Below, in pieces: positions 36,293 to 47,013 of a stretch of DNA of 64,000 nucleotides. Numbering within the stretch: the first letter of the stretch is position 1; each line of letters begins with the position of its first letter. The DNA is taken from the NCBI GenBank assembly GCA_963798085.1, contig CAWCRS010000008.1:192001-256000 (forward strand), read 5' to 3'. The position numbers and the translations under genes were made by a program. The stretch comes from an uncultured Gemmatimonadales bacterium. Lineage in GTDB: Bacteria > Gemmatimonadota > Gemmatimonadetes > Longimicrobiales > RSA9. The notes below the pieces were generated by a model that was given only the letters and a program-made list of their open reading frames with translations, ran no database searches and was not told the DNA's origin.

Positions 36293-36399
36293 ATTGTATC
36301 GGTACAATCTGCCAGTACAAATCGCGTATTGTACTGGAGTGAATCACGATAGATGTTGACAATGTTCCCCGTCAATGTCCATGATTGTACCATGACAAT
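36293..36399. promoter_or_regulatory. Divergent promoter region with repeated TTGTAC/GTACAA inverted repeats (likely MocR operator)
   Basis: ATTGTA-tcgg-TACAAT (36293-36308); CCAGTACAA-n8-TTGTACTGG (36312-36337); TTGACA at 36356; ATTGT-n6-ACAAT (36384-36399); locally AT-rich. Confidence 0.7.
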
Positions 36400-37795
36400 A
36401 TGGAAGGCGACTCTCCAGAACAGCGACACACCTCGCTACCTCGCCATTGCGGACGCCATTGCGCGCGATGTCGCGCGCGGCGCGCTGGTGCCGGGTACGC
36501 GACTGCCCACGCATCGGCAGCTGGCGCAGCAGCTGGGCGTGACCGTGGGCACCGTAACACGCGGTTATGAGGAGGCGGAGCGGCGCGGGCTGACCGTGGG
36601 CGAGGTGGGGCGAGGCACGTTCGTGCGGGGCCGGGAGGAGCCGGAGCGTCACGGCTGGAAGAGTGCGCCTCGCCACAGCAGCGGCGTCATCGACCTGAGC
36701 CTGGCGACGCCCTGGGTGCCGCCGGACGGCGAGGATGGGCGAGTGCTGGGGGCGACGCTGCAGCGTCTGGCGGCGGACACGGATCTGAGCGACCTGCTGG
36801 TCTACGATGTCGACACCGCGTCCGCCCGCCAGTGCGCCGCGGCCGCCGCGTGGATCGGTCGCCTGGGGCACACGGTGGCGCCCGGGCAGATCATTGCCAC
36901 GGCGGGTGCCCAACACGCGATTACAGCGATCCTTTCGGCGTTGCTGCGGCCGGGCGACACGCTGCTGGTCGAGGAGCTGACCTATCCGGCGCTCAAGGCG
37001 GTGGCGCAGCTGCTGGGTCTGCGCCTGCGCGCCGTGGCGCTGGATGAGGAGGGCGTGCAGCCGGAGGATCTGGAGCGCGCGTGTGTGGAGACCGGCGCGC
37101 AGCTGCTGTATTGTCTGGCGACGATCCAGAATCCGACCTGCCGCAGCATGTCACTGGCGCGCCGTGAAGCCATCGCCGCGGTGGCGCGCAAACACGGCCT
37201 TACAGTGATCGAGGATGCCGTGCACGTGCCGCTCGCGGAGGATACGACACCGCCCATTGCACAGCTGGCGCCGGAGCGCACGGTGTACGTCGCGACCCTG
37301 TCGAAGTGGGCAACCTTCGGTTTGCGCGTCGGCTTCGTCGCGGCGCCCGAGCCGCTGGTGGAGCGGGTGCGTGCGGCTGTGCGCACCACGCTGTGGATGG
37401 CGGCGCCGCTCATGGTCGAGATCGCGGCCCGCTGGCTGGTGGACGGCACGGGCGAGCGCCTGGCGGCGCGCAAGCGGGAGGAGCTGCGTGAGCGGCACGT
37501 GCTGGTGCAGGAAATCCTGGGCGCACACTATCGCGTGGAAACGCAGCCGCGTTCGCTGCATTTCTGGCTCTACCTGCCCGAACCGTGGCGCAGCGACGAG
37601 CTGGTCATGCAGGCGAGACAGCGCGGCATTCTCGTCGCGGGTGCCGAGGCTTTTGCCGTGGGCCGCGGCGAAGTGCCGCATGCCGTGCGCGTCGCCATCG
37701 CCGCGCCCGCCGAACGCGAGGACCTGCGCCGCGCACTCACCACGCTGCACGACATCCTGTCCGGCGGCGCCCAGTCCTGCGTGAACATCCTCTGA
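36392..37795 (+). CDS. MocR/GabR-family regulator (GntR wHTH + aminotransferase domain)
   Basis: RLPTHRQLAQQLGVTVGTVTRGY, QNPT, TLSK...GLRVG. Confidence 0.92.
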   Translation: MTIWKATLQNSDTPRYLAIADAIARDVARGALVPGTRLPTHRQLAQQLGVTVGTVTRGYEEAERRGLTVGEVGRGTFVRGREEPERHGWKSAPRHSSGVIDLSLATPWVPPDGEDGRVLGATLQRLAADTDLSDLLVYDVDTASARQCAAAAAWIGRLGHTVAPGQIIATAGAQHAITAILSALLRPGDTLLVEELTYPALKAVAQLLGLRLRAVALDEEGVQPEDLERACVETGAQLLYCLATIQNPTCRSMSLARREAIAAVARKHGLTVIEDAVHVPLAEDTTPPIAQLAPERTVYVATLSKWATFGLRVGFVAAPEPLVERVRAAVRTTLWMAAPLMVEIAARWLVDGTGERLAARKREELRERHVLVQEILGAHYRVETQPRSLHFWLYLPEPWRSDELVMQARQRGILVAGAEAFAVGRGEVPHAVRVAIAAPAEREDLRRALTTLHDILSGGAQSCVNIL

Positions 37796-37802
37796 TGGGA
37801 AG

Positions 37803-37839
37803 CGGCCCGGTTCCGCGCTCAGGAAGCGGAACCGGGCCG
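37803..37839. terminator. Stem-loop between convergent genes
   Basis: CGGCCCGGTTCCGC-n9-GCGGAACCGGGCCG, 14-bp perfect stem. Confidence 0.6.
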
Positions 37840-37858
37840 GGACCACGTCGACGGACGA

Positions 37859-38435
37859 CTAGCGGACCTGGATATTCCCCATTATCACCGGCCATGTGCG
37901 CGCGTTATCAGCCGGCCAGATCCGAGCCGCGCAATACTCCGCCGACGTGGCTATGCCGCCACCGCCTTCGAAGCCCATGAATGATGTGCGGTCGGGCTCA
38001 CCCGAGAAGTCACCCGCGTTGAGCACGCGGAACCAGAATGTCGCGACCGATCTGGTGGATGGGCGTCTGCAACGCGGGATCCGTGGTCGCGTTGCGCGTG
38101 ACCACACCGCCGATCCAGGCCCGACCCGTAGCCGGCTCGGTGGCCAGGCAGGTGACGCGGCCTGCGAGATCGTAAACCAGATCGCCATCCGTGAAGTAAA
38201 TGCTGAATGTCCCGGTCGGCGCCGCCGACCCGTGCTGCGTGAGACTGAAGTTGAAGCGCACGTTGTCCACCCCGGCAAACAGGTAGACGCCCTTGCCCTT
38301 TGCGGACATGTCGGGCGGCGGCGCCACATCCATCGAGGGCGACGCTGGTGCTGTCGGGGTTGCCGGCGCGGTGACCGGTCTGTCGCACGATAGAGCGAGC
38401 GCGGAAAGCGCCACACTCAATGCAAGCCTGCGCAT
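37859..38435 (-). CDS. Small hypothetical lipoprotein; frameshift ~38040
   Basis: MRRLALSVALSALALSC lipobox, GGAGG RBS; continues as WFRVLNAG...GNIQVR in another frame. Confidence 0.65.
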
Positions 38436-38718
38436 GACTGCCTCCAGTATGGAACGGGGATGTCCCCTGCGGCGGGGCGACCATTCGGCAGTATGCAGTC
38501 AGGGCGAGCGGCTGTCTTGAACGTTCCAACGGCCATGGAAGGAAAGGGACATCACGGGAGCCTTCGCCCGTGCGCTCAGTTCAGCAGACGCACGGTCAGG
38601 CCTGCCGCCCGAGTCGCGGGCCACCGGGTGGGGGCAAGGACGGACCCCTCCCGTCGCAAAGCAAACGCGGCGCGCGTTGGATGAAGGGGCGTTGTCGACC
38701 TTTCTTTCCGCGGTGCAA

Positions 38719-39537
38719 ATGGCTCTTGATCTGGTGCCGGTCACCATGGGCAGTCCGCGCTTCGTGGCGCGAGAGCTGAACGGGATCGCGGTCCGGGCGC
38801 TCTGGTTCCCGCCCACGCTGCATCTGGTGCCGCACACCCATGAGGAGCCGGTGTTCGGCGTGATGCTGCACGGCTCGATGCGCGGCCACCTCGGCAGGCG
38901 CCGGTATGACTGTCCGGTCGATACAGTGTTCACCGAGCCGGCGGGCGAACCGCACGACAACTACTTCGAGCGCCAGGGCGGTCGCGTGATGGCGCTGCTG
39001 CCGGATACCACACGCAGCGATCTGTTCGGGCCCTTCTCCGAGCTTCTGGGCCGCCCCTCCCACTTCCGCAACGCACAGGTAGTGGCCAGCGCCCGGCGCA
39101 TGCAGCAGGAGATGGCGACACCCGACGCGCTGTCGGTCCTGGCCGTCGAAACGCTGGCCTTCGAGATGCTGATCGCCGCGACACGCATGCAGCGCGAACC
39201 CGAGCGCCCGGCAGCGCCCGCCTGGTTGGAACGGCTGCGCGACATGCTGCACGACCGCGCCCTCGAGCGACTCCTGCTTTCCGACCTCGCCCGGGAATGC
39301 GACGTGCACCCGCGTCACCTCACGCGCCTCTTCCGGCAATGCTACGGTACCAGCATCGCCGCCTACGTCCGCACCCTGCGTCTGCACTGGGCGGCCACGC
39401 AGCTGCGCGGCGGCCGTGCTTCACTCTCCGACATCGCTTTCCGCGCCGGCTTCGCCGACCAGAGCCATTTCACGCGCGTCTTCCGCAGGCACATGGGCTG
39501 CACACCCGGAGAGATGCGCCGCTCCTCGAAAGGCTGA
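38719..39537 (+). CDS. AraC-family transcriptional regulator
   Basis: Cupin PHTHE; LSDIAFRAGFADQSHFTRVFRRHMGCTPG; start uncertain. Confidence 0.9.
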   Translation: MALDLVPVTMGSPRFVARELNGIAVRALWFPPTLHLVPHTHEEPVFGVMLHGSMRGHLGRRRYDCPVDTVFTEPAGEPHDNYFERQGGRVMALLPDTTRSDLFGPFSELLGRPSHFRNAQVVASARRMQQEMATPDALSVLAVETLAFEMLIAATRMQREPERPAAPAWLERLRDMLHDRALERLLLSDLARECDVHPRHLTRLFRQCYGTSIAAYVRTLRLHWAATQLRGGRASLSDIAFRAGFADQSHFTRVFRRHMGCTPGEMRRSSKG

Positions 39538-39541
39538 TACG

Positions 39542-39581
39542 TCCGCCAACCGGCGTCACGCTCCGCCAACCGGCGTCACGC
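39542..39581. repeat. Perfect 20-bp tandem duplication
   Basis: TCCGCCAACCGGCGTCACGC x2 just after the araC stop. Confidence 0.9.
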
Positions 39582-39696
39582 GATGTGAACACACACGTGC
39601 GCGTGGGAAAGCGGGCCGCTGGGACGAGGCCAGCGTTGCCACGATCACTGGTCCTGCGGTTGGACGTGGAGACCGTGCGCGCGGATCCGTTGTCGC

Positions 39697-40191
39697 TTAC
39701 GCCGCCAGACCGGCGAGCTGCTCGTTGACCGTGCGCAAGCGCTGGCGTATTTCATCGGCGAGCGAGTCCACCCGCTCGTTTACATGCAGCACCGCATCCT
39801 CGAGACGGTCGAATCGCTGTTCCAGGTTGCCCAGACGCAGCTCGACGTGCGCGAGTCGCGCCGACATCAAGGCCACTTCCTGACGCAGCTCCGCCATCTC
39901 CGCCAGGATGCGTGCTTCGAAATGATCCATGCGCAGCGTCCGCGAGGCGAAGCGCTCTTCCAGGCTGATGAACTTCTCCTCGAAGCGCACCGCCATCCCA
40001 TCGACCCGCCGTTCCAGTCGCGCAATGCGCTGCTCCAGGGACTCCATGCGCTGCTCGAGCGATTCCATGCGCTGCTCGAGCCGCCGGAAGCGCTCCTCGT
40101 TGTGCACGTCAATGCGCTCGATCAGCGCGACCAGCCCATCGAAACGCTGATCGATCCGTTCGAAGGCGGTCCTCATTTCCGCGTCGCTCAT
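39697..40191 (-). CDS. Heptad-repeat coiled-coil protein
   Basis: LEQRMES LEQRMES LEQRIAR LERRVDG. Confidence 0.65.
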   Translation of the reverse strand: MSDAEMRTAFERIDQRFDGLVALIERIDVHNEERFRRLEQRMESLEQRMESLEQRIARLERRVDGMAVRFEEKFISLEERFASRTLRMDHFEARILAEMAELRQEVALMSARLAHVELRLGNLEQRFDRLEDAVLHVNERVDSLADEIRQRLRTVNEQLAGLAA

Positions 40192-40409
40192 GTCCGCCAA
40201 GGTAGGCGCAGGGCCGGGTCATTGCCATGACGGCGTGGGCCAGCGCGGAACCCGCCGCCGGCCGCCGCGCCCGGGCCGTCGCCCAGCCAGTCGCCACCGC
40301 AAGCGACCGCCACGGGGCAACCTTCTTGTCTGTTCCGATCATCGGACTAATATTCCGACCGCCGGAAGTGAGCACGCGGCCGCGCGCGGAACGATGCGGA
40401 GGGCACAAA

Positions 40410-40754
40410 ATGGAGCCGATCACCCCACTGAGCATGGCGATCCTGCTGGCGCTCGTGAAGCAGGACCAGCACGGCTACGCACTGATGACGGAAGTCGCCG
40501 GACAGCTGGGCAAGCGCCCCGGCACCGGTAGCCTGTATGCGGCGCTCGAGCGGCTGGTGGAAGAGGGCCTGATTCAGGAGACGCCGGACGGACCCGGTCC
40601 ACGCGAGGATCAGCGGCGCAAGTACTTCCGCATCACGAAGCCAGGCCGCGAGTGCGCTCGCGCGGAGGCAGCGCGCATGCTGCGCGTACTGGATCTGGCG
40701 CGCGAGAAATCGCTGATCGGCAGCCTGTCGGATCTGCGCAAGGCGGAGCGCTGA
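40410..40754 (+). CDS. PadR-family regulator
   Basis: HGYAL, GSLYAALERL, RRKYFRIT; GGAGG RBS; TGATG-coupled to the permease. Confidence 0.9.
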   Translation: MEPITPLSMAILLALVKQDQHGYALMTEVAGQLGKRPGTGSLYAALERLVEEGLIQETPDGPGPREDQRRKYFRITKPGRECARAEAARMLRVLDLAREKSLIGSLSDLRKAER

Positions 40755-43375
40755 TGCGTGCGGACTGCAGGTCCCGCCTGTATCGCGTGCTGCTGCGTCT
40801 GCTGCCGCGCGACTTCCGTGCCCGTCAGGGTGAAGCCATGGAACAGGCGTTCGTGACACTGCGGACGCAGGCGCGTGCGCGCGGCCGGCTGCGCGTCGTC
40901 GGCCTCCATGTGAGTGAAGCATGGGACCTCCTGCGCACCGGTGCGGCAATGCGCCGGCGCAACCGGCAGGCATCGATAACAACGGATTACGGCATGTCCT
41001 CGGCATCCTCGCCTCGCGCGGCGTCGCTCTTCCTCGACGAGCTGCGCATGGCACTGCGCTCGGCCACCCGCCACCGCGCCTTCTTCGCGTTTGCCGCGGT
41101 CACCTTCGCGCTGGGTGTGGGCGCGACCACGGCGGTATTCAGCGCCCTCAAGTCCGTGGTGCTGGAGCCGCTGCCCTTTCCGAAGCCGGACCGCCTGGTG
41201 CTCGTGTTTCGCACCGTGCAGAACAACGCGCTGGTCACGCCCGAGCCGGAACAGATCGATTCCCTGCGCGGACTGAGCGCTGTTTTCGAAGACATTGCCA
41301 CGTTCGGTGGCAGCAGTGTCTTCATGACCGGTGCCGGTGATCCGGTCAGGGTGAATGTCGTGCAGATGGGCGCCACGCTGGCATCGTTCCTGGGCATCCG
41401 TCCGGTGCTGGGTCGCACGTTCACGCCGGACGAGCAGGCCGGCGAGGGCGCGCACGTGGCGCTGCTTTCGTGGGAACTCTGGAAGGGTCAATTCGGCGGC
41501 ACGCCCGACGTCACCGGTCGCACCCTCGATCTGAACGGCGAGCCCTGGACGATCATCGGCGTCATGCCGCCCGGCCTGGTGCGGCCCAACGGCGCGGCTG
41601 GCCGTGTGGACCTGTGGCTGCCGCTGCCTTCTAACGCAAAGTTTGTGCTGCCCATCGCCCGCCTGCGACCGGGCGTGAGTCTGGCCGCGGCCACGCAGGC
41701 CGTGGATGCCCTCATCCGGCGCATCGACAGGGAATCGCAGCTCGGCGGCAAGGTCACCCCGGCCACCGCGCTGCGTTCCGGCGGATTGCACGATCCGCTC
41801 AGCATTCTCATGGCGGCCGTGACGCTGCTGCTGCTCATCGCCTGCGTGAACGTGAGCAACCTGCTGCTGCACCGGGCGGCGGCGCGGCAGCGCGAGAGTG
41901 CCGTGCTGGCCGCGCTGGGCGCGACCCGTTCGCGACTGCTGCGTCAGAGTCTGCTGGAGAGTCTGCTGCTGGCGCTGGCGGGTGGATCGCTGGGCGTGCT
42001 GCTCGCCCTCGCCGCCATTCGCGCCGCCGCGACGCTGCGTCCCGCGCGGCTGGAGGCGCTGCAGTCCGTGCATCTCGATGGCCTGGTGCTGGCCTTCTCA
42101 CTGCTGGTCTCGGTCGTGGCGGGTCTGCTCTTCGGCATGCTGCCCGCGCTGCGGGCGGCTCGCAGCGATGCGGCGGCCACGCTGGCGCGTGCGCCGCGCG
42201 AGGGCATTGCCGCATCGGCACGCTTCCGCTGGACGCTCGTGGGCGTCGAGGTGGCGCTCTCCTTCGCGCTGCTCGTCGGCGCATCGCTGCTGATCCGTTC
42301 GCTGGTCGAGCTCTCGTCGCGCGATCCCGGTTACCAGCCGCAAGGCCTGATCGACCTGAGCGTGACGCTGCCCACGTGGCGCTACACGCAGGAGCCGGCG
42401 CGCCGCGAGGCCTTCGCACGCCTGGCCGATGGGGTGCGCCGGATCCCCGGTGTGCAGCTGGTATCACTGTCGACCGGTGCCCCGCCCAACGCCGGCATCT
42501 ACTTCGCCAACCTGCACCTGGAAGGCAGGCCGCCAGCGACGCAATCGACCATGCTGTACGGCATGAACATCGATCCCGACTATCTCGCTGTTATCGGACA
42601 GCCGCTGCGGGCCGGTCGCGGCTTCACGCGCGACGAGATGACCGGCAAGGGCAACAGCGTGATCCTGGGCGAGACGGCGGCGAAGCAGCTGTTTCCCGAC
42701 GGCAGCGCGCTGGGCCAGCGCTTCGGCTTCGGCAGTACCGACATGTACACGGTCGTGGGCATCGTCGGCGATGCTGCGCTCAACGGACTGTCCGAGGGTC
42801 CCGCGGCCATCGCCTACTGGCCCATGACGGAGGTGTACGCAGCTACGCACGTGCTGGTGCGCAGCAACCTGGATGCGGCGAAGCTCGGCAGTGCATTGCG
42901 TGACGCCGTGCGTGCGGTCGAGCCGGCGGCGCTCATTCAAGTCAATCGCGGCACCGAGCTGCTCGGCTTCTCGCTCACGCTGCAGCGCTTCACCACGACG
43001 CTGCTCACGGCATTCGCGGCACTGGCGCTGCTGCTCTCCGCCATTGGCCTGTACAGCGTGCTCAGTCAGCTGGTCACGGGACGAACGCACGAGATCGGCG
43101 TGCGCGTGTCGCTGGGCGCCAATGCAGGGCGCATCCGGCTGATGGTGCTGCGCTCCGGCCTGGGCGCGATTGCGGGCGGGCTGCTCGCGGGCGGGCTGAT
43201 GGCCGCTGCGGGAATCCGCATTGCGGGCAGCCACATGTTCGGCCTCACGCAGCTGCGGCCCTCGGCGTGGCTCGCGGCCGGCGTCGTGCTCGGCGTGGTG
43301 GCGCTGCTGGCCATGTGGTGGCCGGCCGAGCGTGCGGCCCGCACGGACCCGATCCTCGCCATGCGCGCCGAGTAA
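40754..43375 (+). CDS. ADOP-type duplicated ABC permease
   Basis: LYRVLLRLLPRDFR, LLIACVNVSNL, EIGVRVSLGA, RAARTDPILAMRAE. Confidence 0.9.
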   Translation: MRADCRSRLYRVLLRLLPRDFRARQGEAMEQAFVTLRTQARARGRLRVVGLHVSEAWDLLRTGAAMRRRNRQASITTDYGMSSASSPRAASLFLDELRMALRSATRHRAFFAFAAVTFALGVGATTAVFSALKSVVLEPLPFPKPDRLVLVFRTVQNNALVTPEPEQIDSLRGLSAVFEDIATFGGSSVFMTGAGDPVRVNVVQMGATLASFLGIRPVLGRTFTPDEQAGEGAHVALLSWELWKGQFGGTPDVTGRTLDLNGEPWTIIGVMPPGLVRPNGAAGRVDLWLPLPSNAKFVLPIARLRPGVSLAAATQAVDALIRRIDRESQLGGKVTPATALRSGGLHDPLSILMAAVTLLLLIACVNVSNLLLHRAAARQRESAVLAALGATRSRLLRQSLLESLLLALAGGSLGVLLALAAIRAAATLRPARLEALQSVHLDGLVLAFSLLVSVVAGLLFGMLPALRAARSDAAATLARAPREGIAASARFRWTLVGVEVALSFALLVGASLLIRSLVELSSRDPGYQPQGLIDLSVTLPTWRYTQEPARREAFARLADGVRRIPGVQLVSLSTGAPPNAGIYFANLHLEGRPPATQSTMLYGMNIDPDYLAVIGQPLRAGRGFTRDEMTGKGNSVILGETAAKQLFPDGSALGQRFGFGSTDMYTVVGIVGDAALNGLSEGPAAIAYWPMTEVYAATHVLVRSNLDAAKLGSALRDAVRAVEPAALIQVNRGTELLGFSLTLQRFTTTLLTAFAALALLLSAIGLYSVLSQLVTGRTHEIGVRVSLGANAGRIRLMVLRSGLGAIAGGLLAGGLMAAAGIRIAGSHMFGLTQLRPSAWLAAGVVLGVVALLAMWWPAERAARTDPILAMRAE

Positions 43376-44212
43376 TCAGGAACTGCGATCCCACCGACGC
43401 GCGGGAGGCCCGCAGGGCGCCTGCCAGCCTGCCGGGTCGCGCGGCCGTCCTAACTGTCTGTCAGGAGGCGCGCGAACCGTGCGTGGTGCCTGCGCGGTCG
43501 CCCGTCCCTGCGGCCGCTCACCGCGTTGCGGGAACGCAGGCCGGCGCTGGCCGCGCAGCCAGCGCGCGGGTCGCTTGATCAGCTCGGTGCCGAGCGAGCG
43601 GAAGTGGATCAGCGGCGAAGGCGTGCGTACGGACACCGGCCTCGCCTCGCACAGCACGGCGCGCAGCTCTGCCGCGTTCGCGAAGGGTGGCAGCAGGGTG
43701 AAGGCACCACCGATTTCGCGGCCGAAGTGTGCATCCGTGCTGGCGGCGGTCGCCAGTTCCGCGGCTTCCGCCGCATCCCGTGCCAGCCGGTTCCACGCGC
43801 GGACGAAAGCGCGCGCGTTGTGCACCTCCACGATGTCGGCGACTGCCAGCACGTGTGCCGCCCGCTGCATGGCGTGGCGCAGATAGGCGTAAGGGTGCGG
43901 TGCGTAGACCACGCCCCCCTGCTCGCGTATGCGCGCCGCCACTTCCGCGACGGGCAGACCCGCAGGAATCGGCTCGTGCAGGAACAGGCCAATGAGGTCG
44001 GAGCCGTCCGCACAATCGATCTCCTCACCCGGAATGATGAGGTCCGGATCGAGCGCGGCTGCTTCCCACGCGCCCTCCATGCGGTTGTGATCGGTGATCG
44101 CGACGCGGTCGAGGCCGGCAGCACGGGCGCGCCGGACGAGCGTGGCGGGGGAGAGCGTGGAATCCTGTGAGTACCGTGTATGTACGTGAAAGTCGACTCG
44201 AATTCGCTGCAT
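43376..44212 (-). CDS. PHP-domain phosphoesterase
   Basis: DFHVHT, ITDHN, PHP, STDAH. Confidence 0.85.
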   Translation of the reverse strand: MQRIRVDFHVHTRYSQDSTLSPATLVRRARAAGLDRVAITDHNRMEGAWEAAALDPDLIIPGEEIDCADGSDLIGLFLHEPIPAGLPVAEVAARIREQGGVVYAPHPYAYLRHAMQRAAHVLAVADIVEVHNARAFVRAWNRLARDAAEAAELATAASTDAHFGREIGGAFTLLPPFANAAELRAVLCEARPVSVRTPSPLIHFRSLGTELIKRPARWLRGQRRPAFPQRGERPQGRATAQAPRTVRAPPDRQLGRPRDPAGWQAPCGPPARRWDRSS

Positions 44213-44577
44213 GATCCTGATTCGTTCGGGCCGGCCTGCGGCAGCCGGCTTCTCCGTGCTGCTCCTCGTAGTGAGCGTGGGCGATCGAATTCTGCCTGCA
44301 GTATCGGCTCCATACCGCCCACCGTTCAGTCCGGCGCGCTCCTGCGCGCGGGTCGCGAGCGCCGCAGCGATTGCGCTCTCACATATGCACAACCAGCATG
44401 CAGGTTCCGCGCACGGTCACCGCCCGGGCTCCCGGCCACGGCGGCGAAACCGGCGGCGCGGAAGGAGCGTAACGGCATCATTGCACGCCAGAGTAATCAG
44501 GCGACGACGGGTGTGTCATCACCCCGTCGCTGCCGAACACGCACCTGCAGCCCCAATGCAAGGCGAGGAGGTCCTCC

Positions 44578-47013
44578 GTGAGTGGCCAGGGCAATCGCTG
44601 GCGCCTGCTCGACGATTTCGTGCAGGATCTGCGCATCGCGCTGCGCGGACTCGCGCGCCATCGCGGGTTCACAATCGTCGCGGTGATCACTGTGGCCGTA
44701 GGCATGACGGCCACAGCTTCCATTGCCAGCATGGCAAATGCGGTGTTATGGCAGCTGCTGGCCGTGCCCGAGCCGGAACGCCTCGTCTCCATCTGGGAGC
44801 AGCGGCGAGGCATGACCAGCACCGGGCTCGAGGGCATGCTGCTGCCCGCGCCGCGGGTTCGCGAGTACCGCGAAGCCACCCGCGACATCTTCAGCGGGCT
44901 GGCCGCACACGAGTACACGAACCTGGCGCTGCGTTCCGGCGACCGCTCCCAATCGCTCTCCGGCGTCTTCACCTCGGGCAACTACTTCACGGTGCTCGGC
45001 CTCAGCCCGCTTGCCGGACGCTTCTATGCGGACGATCGCGAGCCGGGCGTGGTTCTGAGCGCCGCACTCTGGCGGGGGCGCTTCAACAGTGATCCGGGCG
45101 TGATCGGCCAGTCGATCCGTCTGAACAGTCGGTCGCTCACCGTGCTGGGTGTGGCGCCGCCCGGCTTCACTGGCGTTGCGTGGGGCTTCCCTGTCGACAT
45201 CTGGGTACCGGCTGTCGCCTACGCCGAAGCCGCGGGGCAGAGCGGCGATGGCTTCATGCTCGTGCCCTTCGGCCGGCTGCGCCCGGGCATCGACCGGCGC
45301 CAGGCCGAAGCGCAGGTCGCCGCGATTGCACGCCGCATTCCGCCCGCGGAGCCGCAGACGACCGTGCAGGGCGCGCGTCTCGATCCCGTGCGCTGGCGAG
45401 GCGATGCGCTGCCGGCTCTTGTGGGATTCCTTGCCATGCTGATGATCACGGCGTTGCTCGTGCTCGCCATTGCCAGCGCCAACATCGCGGGCATGCTCAC
45501 GGCACGAGCAGTGGCGCGGCGGCGCGAGCTGGCCGTGCGTCTCGCCATCGGCGCGGGACGCGGCCGGCTGCTGCGCGAGGCGCTGACCGACAGCCTGCTG
45601 CTGTTTCTGCTGGGCGGCGCCGGCGGCGTGCTGCTCGCATTCTGGGGCACGCGCACACTGTCGCGCATGTCCATTCCCATTCCCATTCCCGTGGCATTCG
45701 ACCTCACACCCGACTGGCGCGTGTTGAGCTTCAGTCTCGCCGTCGCTGCGCTGACGGGTCTGCTGTTCGGGCTGGGCCCCGCGTTGCGTGCGACCGGCAT
45801 CGATGTGATGCGGGCGCTCAAGGAGGGCCTGGGCGTGACCGGCGGCCGGAGCGGCCGGCGCCGCGGCCTCTTCGTGGCCGGCCAGCTCGCGATCTCCGTG
45901 CTGCTGCTGGTTACCGCCGCGCTGCTGGCGCGCTCGCTGCAACGCGGCCTGCACGCGAACCCCGGCTTCGATCCGCACGATGTAACCGTGGCCACCACCA
46001 ATCTCGCGCCGCACCACTATGACGAGCCGCGCAGCCGCGCATTCCACGAGGCGCTGGCCGCGCGCGTGCGGCAGTTGCCGGGCGTGGAAGCGGCGGCGCT
46101 CGCGAACATCGTGCTGCTTTCGGGCGAGAGCACGAGCAACGACGTCGAGGACGGCGATCCCGCCGTGGCATCGCCCCGGCGCACTAACATGCGGTTCAAT
46201 GTGGTCGACACCGCGTACTTCCGCACCATGCGGATGGAGCTGGTCGCGGGGCGCGGCTTCACCCCCGCCGACCGGGCGGGCGCCGGCGACGTGACTGTCG
46301 TGAACGAAACTCTGGCGCGCCGGCTGTGGCCCGGCCTGAGCCCGCTGGGCCGGCAGCTGCGCATGGGGAAACGCATCTTCGACGTGATCGGCGTGGTCCG
46401 TGACGGCAAGTACCAGTTCGTGACCGAGAGGCCGCAGGCGTTCGCGTTCCTGCTCTACGCGCAGAACTTCGAGTCACGCATGGCGCTGCATGTGCGCTCC
46501 CGCCTGCCCTCGGCCACGGTGTTCGCCGAGATCGAACGCGCGGTCCAGGCGCTGGATCCGAATGTGGCACTGGAGAACCAGCAGGCGCTGACGCAGACCG
46601 TGGAACTGTCGCTGTTCCCGCAGCGCATTGCCGCCGACCTCATTGGCCTGTTCGGCCTGGCCGGCCTGCTGCTGGCCGCCATCGGCGTATATGGTGTGTT
46701 AGCCATGCACGTGGCCCAGCGGCGTCGCGAATTCGGCATCCGCATGGCCCTGGGCGCGAGCAGTTCCGCACTGCTGCGCGCGGTCCTGGCACAGGGCGCA
46801 CTGCTGGCACTGGCCGGCGCGGGCATCGGCCTGGCTGCCGCATTCGGACTCACGCGCTTCCTGCGTACACTGCTCTACGGCGTGAGCCCGTTCGATCCAC
46901 CGTCGTTCGCGGCAGTGCCCGTGCTGCTGCTGGCGGTGGCGCTGCTGGCGAGCCTGATCCCCGCCCGCCGCGCCACACGCGCCGACCCGCTCGAGGCCAT
47001 GCGCCAGGAATGA
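44578..47013 (+). CDS. ADOP-type duplicated ABC permease
   Basis: QDLRIALRGLARHRGF, ASANIAGML, REFGIRMALGA, RRATRADPLEAMRQE; GAGGAGG RBS. Confidence 0.9.
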   Translation: MSGQGNRWRLLDDFVQDLRIALRGLARHRGFTIVAVITVAVGMTATASIASMANAVLWQLLAVPEPERLVSIWEQRRGMTSTGLEGMLLPAPRVREYREATRDIFSGLAAHEYTNLALRSGDRSQSLSGVFTSGNYFTVLGLSPLAGRFYADDREPGVVLSAALWRGRFNSDPGVIGQSIRLNSRSLTVLGVAPPGFTGVAWGFPVDIWVPAVAYAEAAGQSGDGFMLVPFGRLRPGIDRRQAEAQVAAIARRIPPAEPQTTVQGARLDPVRWRGDALPALVGFLAMLMITALLVLAIASANIAGMLTARAVARRRELAVRLAIGAGRGRLLREALTDSLLLFLLGGAGGVLLAFWGTRTLSRMSIPIPIPVAFDLTPDWRVLSFSLAVAALTGLLFGLGPALRATGIDVMRALKEGLGVTGGRSGRRRGLFVAGQLAISVLLLVTAALLARSLQRGLHANPGFDPHDVTVATTNLAPHHYDEPRSRAFHEALAARVRQLPGVEAAALANIVLLSGESTSNDVEDGDPAVASPRRTNMRFNVVDTAYFRTMRMELVAGRGFTPADRAGAGDVTVVNETLARRLWPGLSPLGRQLRMGKRIFDVIGVVRDGKYQFVTERPQAFAFLLYAQNFESRMALHVRSRLPSATVFAEIERAVQALDPNVALENQQALTQTVELSLFPQRIAADLIGLFGLAGLLLAAIGVYGVLAMHVAQRRREFGIRMALGASSSALLRAVLAQGALLALAGAGIGLAAAFGLTRFLRTLLYGVSPFDPPSFAAVPVLLLAVALLASLIPARRATRADPLEAMRQE

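Noticed and set aside
38514..38523. GTCTTGAACG as an AraC site or promoter element
   Set aside because: Single copy; cannot be supported from this window alone
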